Shown one piece after another: positions 61,509-64,000 of a stretch of DNA of 64,000 nt (its first letter is position 1; each line of letters starts with the position of its first letter). The notes under the pieces are model-generated. The model did no database searches. It was given only the letters and a program-made list of their open reading frames with translations, and was not told where the DNA came from. The stretch lies in the NCBI RefSeq assembly GCF_009914755.1, contig NC_060938.1; one strand, 5' to 3'. Origin of the DNA: the human T2T-CHM13v2.0 reference genome, Homo sapiens. The position numbers and the translations under genes are program-made.

Positions 61509-64000
61509 ACAATGAGAACACATGGACACAGGAAGGGGAACATCACACTCTGGGGACTGTTGTGGGGTGGGGGGAGGGGGGAGGGATAGCATTAGGAGAT
61601 ATACCTAATGCTAGATGACGAGTTAGTGGGTGCAGCACACCAACATGGCACATGTATACATATGTAACTAACCTGCACATTGTGCACATGTACCCTAAAA
61701 CTTAAAGTATAATAATAATAAAATAAAATAAAAATAATAGTAAAATGTGAAATCAATTTAAAAAAAGAAAATACATAGGCATTTTATTACTGTAATAGGT
61801 GCTAGGATGGAGGGAAAAAAGGACAAAGCTGCTATTAACCTAAAGCAATAATAAATATATGTTATCCATAGGCTCAGCCAAAGGAAAGACATGAACAATG
61901 AAAATACTAACAGTAATATTGAATTTGTTCAGTACCTTTTTATCAAGAACTCCAAGGCAATTGTGAGTGATGGCTCCCTAAATCTCACATCTCTGTAAGT
62001 TAGGCAGGGTGGGGAATGACACCACATTTTTTTCCAGTGGAGAAATTAAGGGATAGAATCTTTAATATAACAATAGGTACAAAGAACAGAACCAAAGGCA
62101 AGAATGGAAGTAAAGAGTATCCCAGGGCTCGTAACTTCCTTTTGTGTGTTACTGTATCCAAGTCTGGTTGTTCAGTCATTCTCAGAACACATCTTGGGTT
62201 GCATGATATGTACCACACAAACACACAGACAGGATTCAGCTGGGAACAGGTGAAAAAACAGCACTGGTCTACGTTTGAAAAATGTTGACAGTCAAAATGC
62301 TTCTCTTGAATTCTCTAGTTCCTATTTCTTTTTTCATTAAAGAATGTGGCTAAAGAGTAAAGAGTACTATTAATATATAAGGAGAGCAAAGCAGAAGCAT
62401 TCTCATGTTGCTTCTCGGAGCTTTACAGATAAATAATTAAACACAAAGCCCAAACTCCCCATTTCTGCCTTCAGTGATTTTTTTTCCCCCTCCTTCTGCA
62501 CTGAACACGTGTATCTCTTTAAGAATTGGTCTGGCCTGGTGGTAACCTGTCCCGCTGAAGGCTGGGCATCAACACCACTGCCTTTGCTAAGGCTGGCAGT
62601 CAGCTTGCTGTCAGCTTGCTTCTTGCAGCCTCTTCAGCTCTCAGACATCTGTAGCTCTGGGCTGGTTAGAGCTGAACATTCCACTCAGAAGAATGATCTC
62701 TAGATCTTGGAGAAGAGAAACCCCATTAGGTGTTTGGTTTCGATAGGAAGTCATTTTTCAAATTTGCTGTTTTAGAGGGCATTTTTGGAAATGTTTGCCA
62801 TGATTCTTCAAATTTCATTTGACAGATGGGGAAGTTTAAAGATAAACATGATCTCGCTCCTTTGAAAACCTTGGCAATTCCTCTTCTTCCAGTAGGAATC
62901 TCTAGCTCTTTTCTCTTACCTCATCTCTGTAATTTTTCCTACCTACGCTCCTCTTTCCTTCTCTTGTATCAAACTTATACCTCTTTATTCTCTTAATTTA
63001 GCCAGTTTTTCCAACTAAGTTTAGGAAATATCATGTGAGCTCTGGGCCATGCTATTTCCAAGTAGAATTAGACATATTGGATCTCTGTCTTCATCTGAAA
63101 GCTCTTTTGGCCTTTTTTTTTTCCATCCTTTAATCATCCTTGTTGCTCAGTATCGAACCTATCTCAGTTCCCCATGACCCCCTTAAGAGAAAGAGACTAG
63201 AAAGAGATTGTGTCTCCTTTGTCAGGGTCTCGTTTTCAACATCATATATTAGCAATGCTTTTGGTTCAGAGGTCACCAGATGTACAGTGAATTTCCCCTA
63301 AAATGGAAAATGTTAAGATACAGGCCAGCATCTCCTTCCCCCTCTATCTCACAGATTTTGACTTGCTGCCTATTTTTTGGCCATTTAACCCTTTAAGAAG
63401 GAACACCAAATAAGCGCTTTCATGCTCAATTATCTTTGACTTGCAATCTAAAATGAACCATTTACTGAACAGGGAGAGAAACATGAAAAGCAAACACTAT
63501 TAAAGAATTATAGACTTCATAAGCTGCACAGTACTTGTGCATTTTGCTCTGTAGTGAAGGAACCTGTAAAATTGTACAGACGTTAGGAGAAAAGTTGCCA
63601 CCCAGCATGCGTTGATTTAACGGCATAACTTCCAGTAATGTAAAGTAGGGACCTTGATTCTTAGGGCACATTTTGTTATCCTTTCTTTCTTAATAGGACA
63701 AGGTTTAAAATATGCTGCTGTGCATACACAATAGCTGCTTTCCACTTATGCTGTTATCTGTGCAGAAATCATTCTCTCAGGCAAGAGATTAAAATAAATG
63801 CATAACAACTTTTTAGAATTGCTAATCCAAGTAAACTTCTCACAGAAAATTCAGCCTTTGAAGAAGGCATCTTAAACCTTGATATAAACAAACATTAATA
63901 AAATGTACTTCTTCCTACAATGGACAGTGATGACAATGAGATAGATATATGACTTGTTTTTTCCTTAGGAAGCCAATATTTGCTTTACTGCTTTAGATTG

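Noticed and set aside
61563-61587. G-quadruplex motif
   Set aside because: Standard L1 3'UTR G-tract, not locus-specific.
62920-63470. Minus-strand splice-like signals (acceptor at about 63465, donor at about 62920)
   Set aside because: They could not be paired into a convincing exon, and the small candidate has stops in all frames.

Overview
This is AT-rich, CpG-depleted primate (human or great-ape-like) genomic DNA, largely transposon-derived, with no recognisable cellular protein-coding gene. It holds three full-length but dead L1PA elements of different ages: a 5'UTR-deleted L1PA3/PA2-type (13458-19486, minus), an L1PA7-type (27231-33478, minus) and a 5'UTR-intact L1PA3/PA4-type (55576-61766, plus). 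Also present are a near-full-length ancient L1M (about 10.5-22.9 kb) full of nested insertions, many Alu/FAM/FLAM copies, ERVL/MaLR LTRs (LTR16, THE1, MLT2, MLT1/MST), L2, MIR and DNA-transposon relics. The most notable observations are: (1) the inverted L1PA3-like pair shares clusters of non-consensus substitutions despite belonging to different sublineages, suggesting gene conversion or inversion toggling across 36 kb; (2) a near-perfect 13x27-bp minisatellite lies inside a degenerate inverted repeat and has mirror-image ORFs on both strands; (3) candidate non-coding exons at 36-38 kb lie downstream of an L1 antisense promoter; (4) there are two TSD-supported L1 3' transductions; (5) several short templated duplications or inversions occur in otherwise unique DNA. 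Subfamily names come from remembered consensus sequences and need RepeatMasker/Dfam confirmation.
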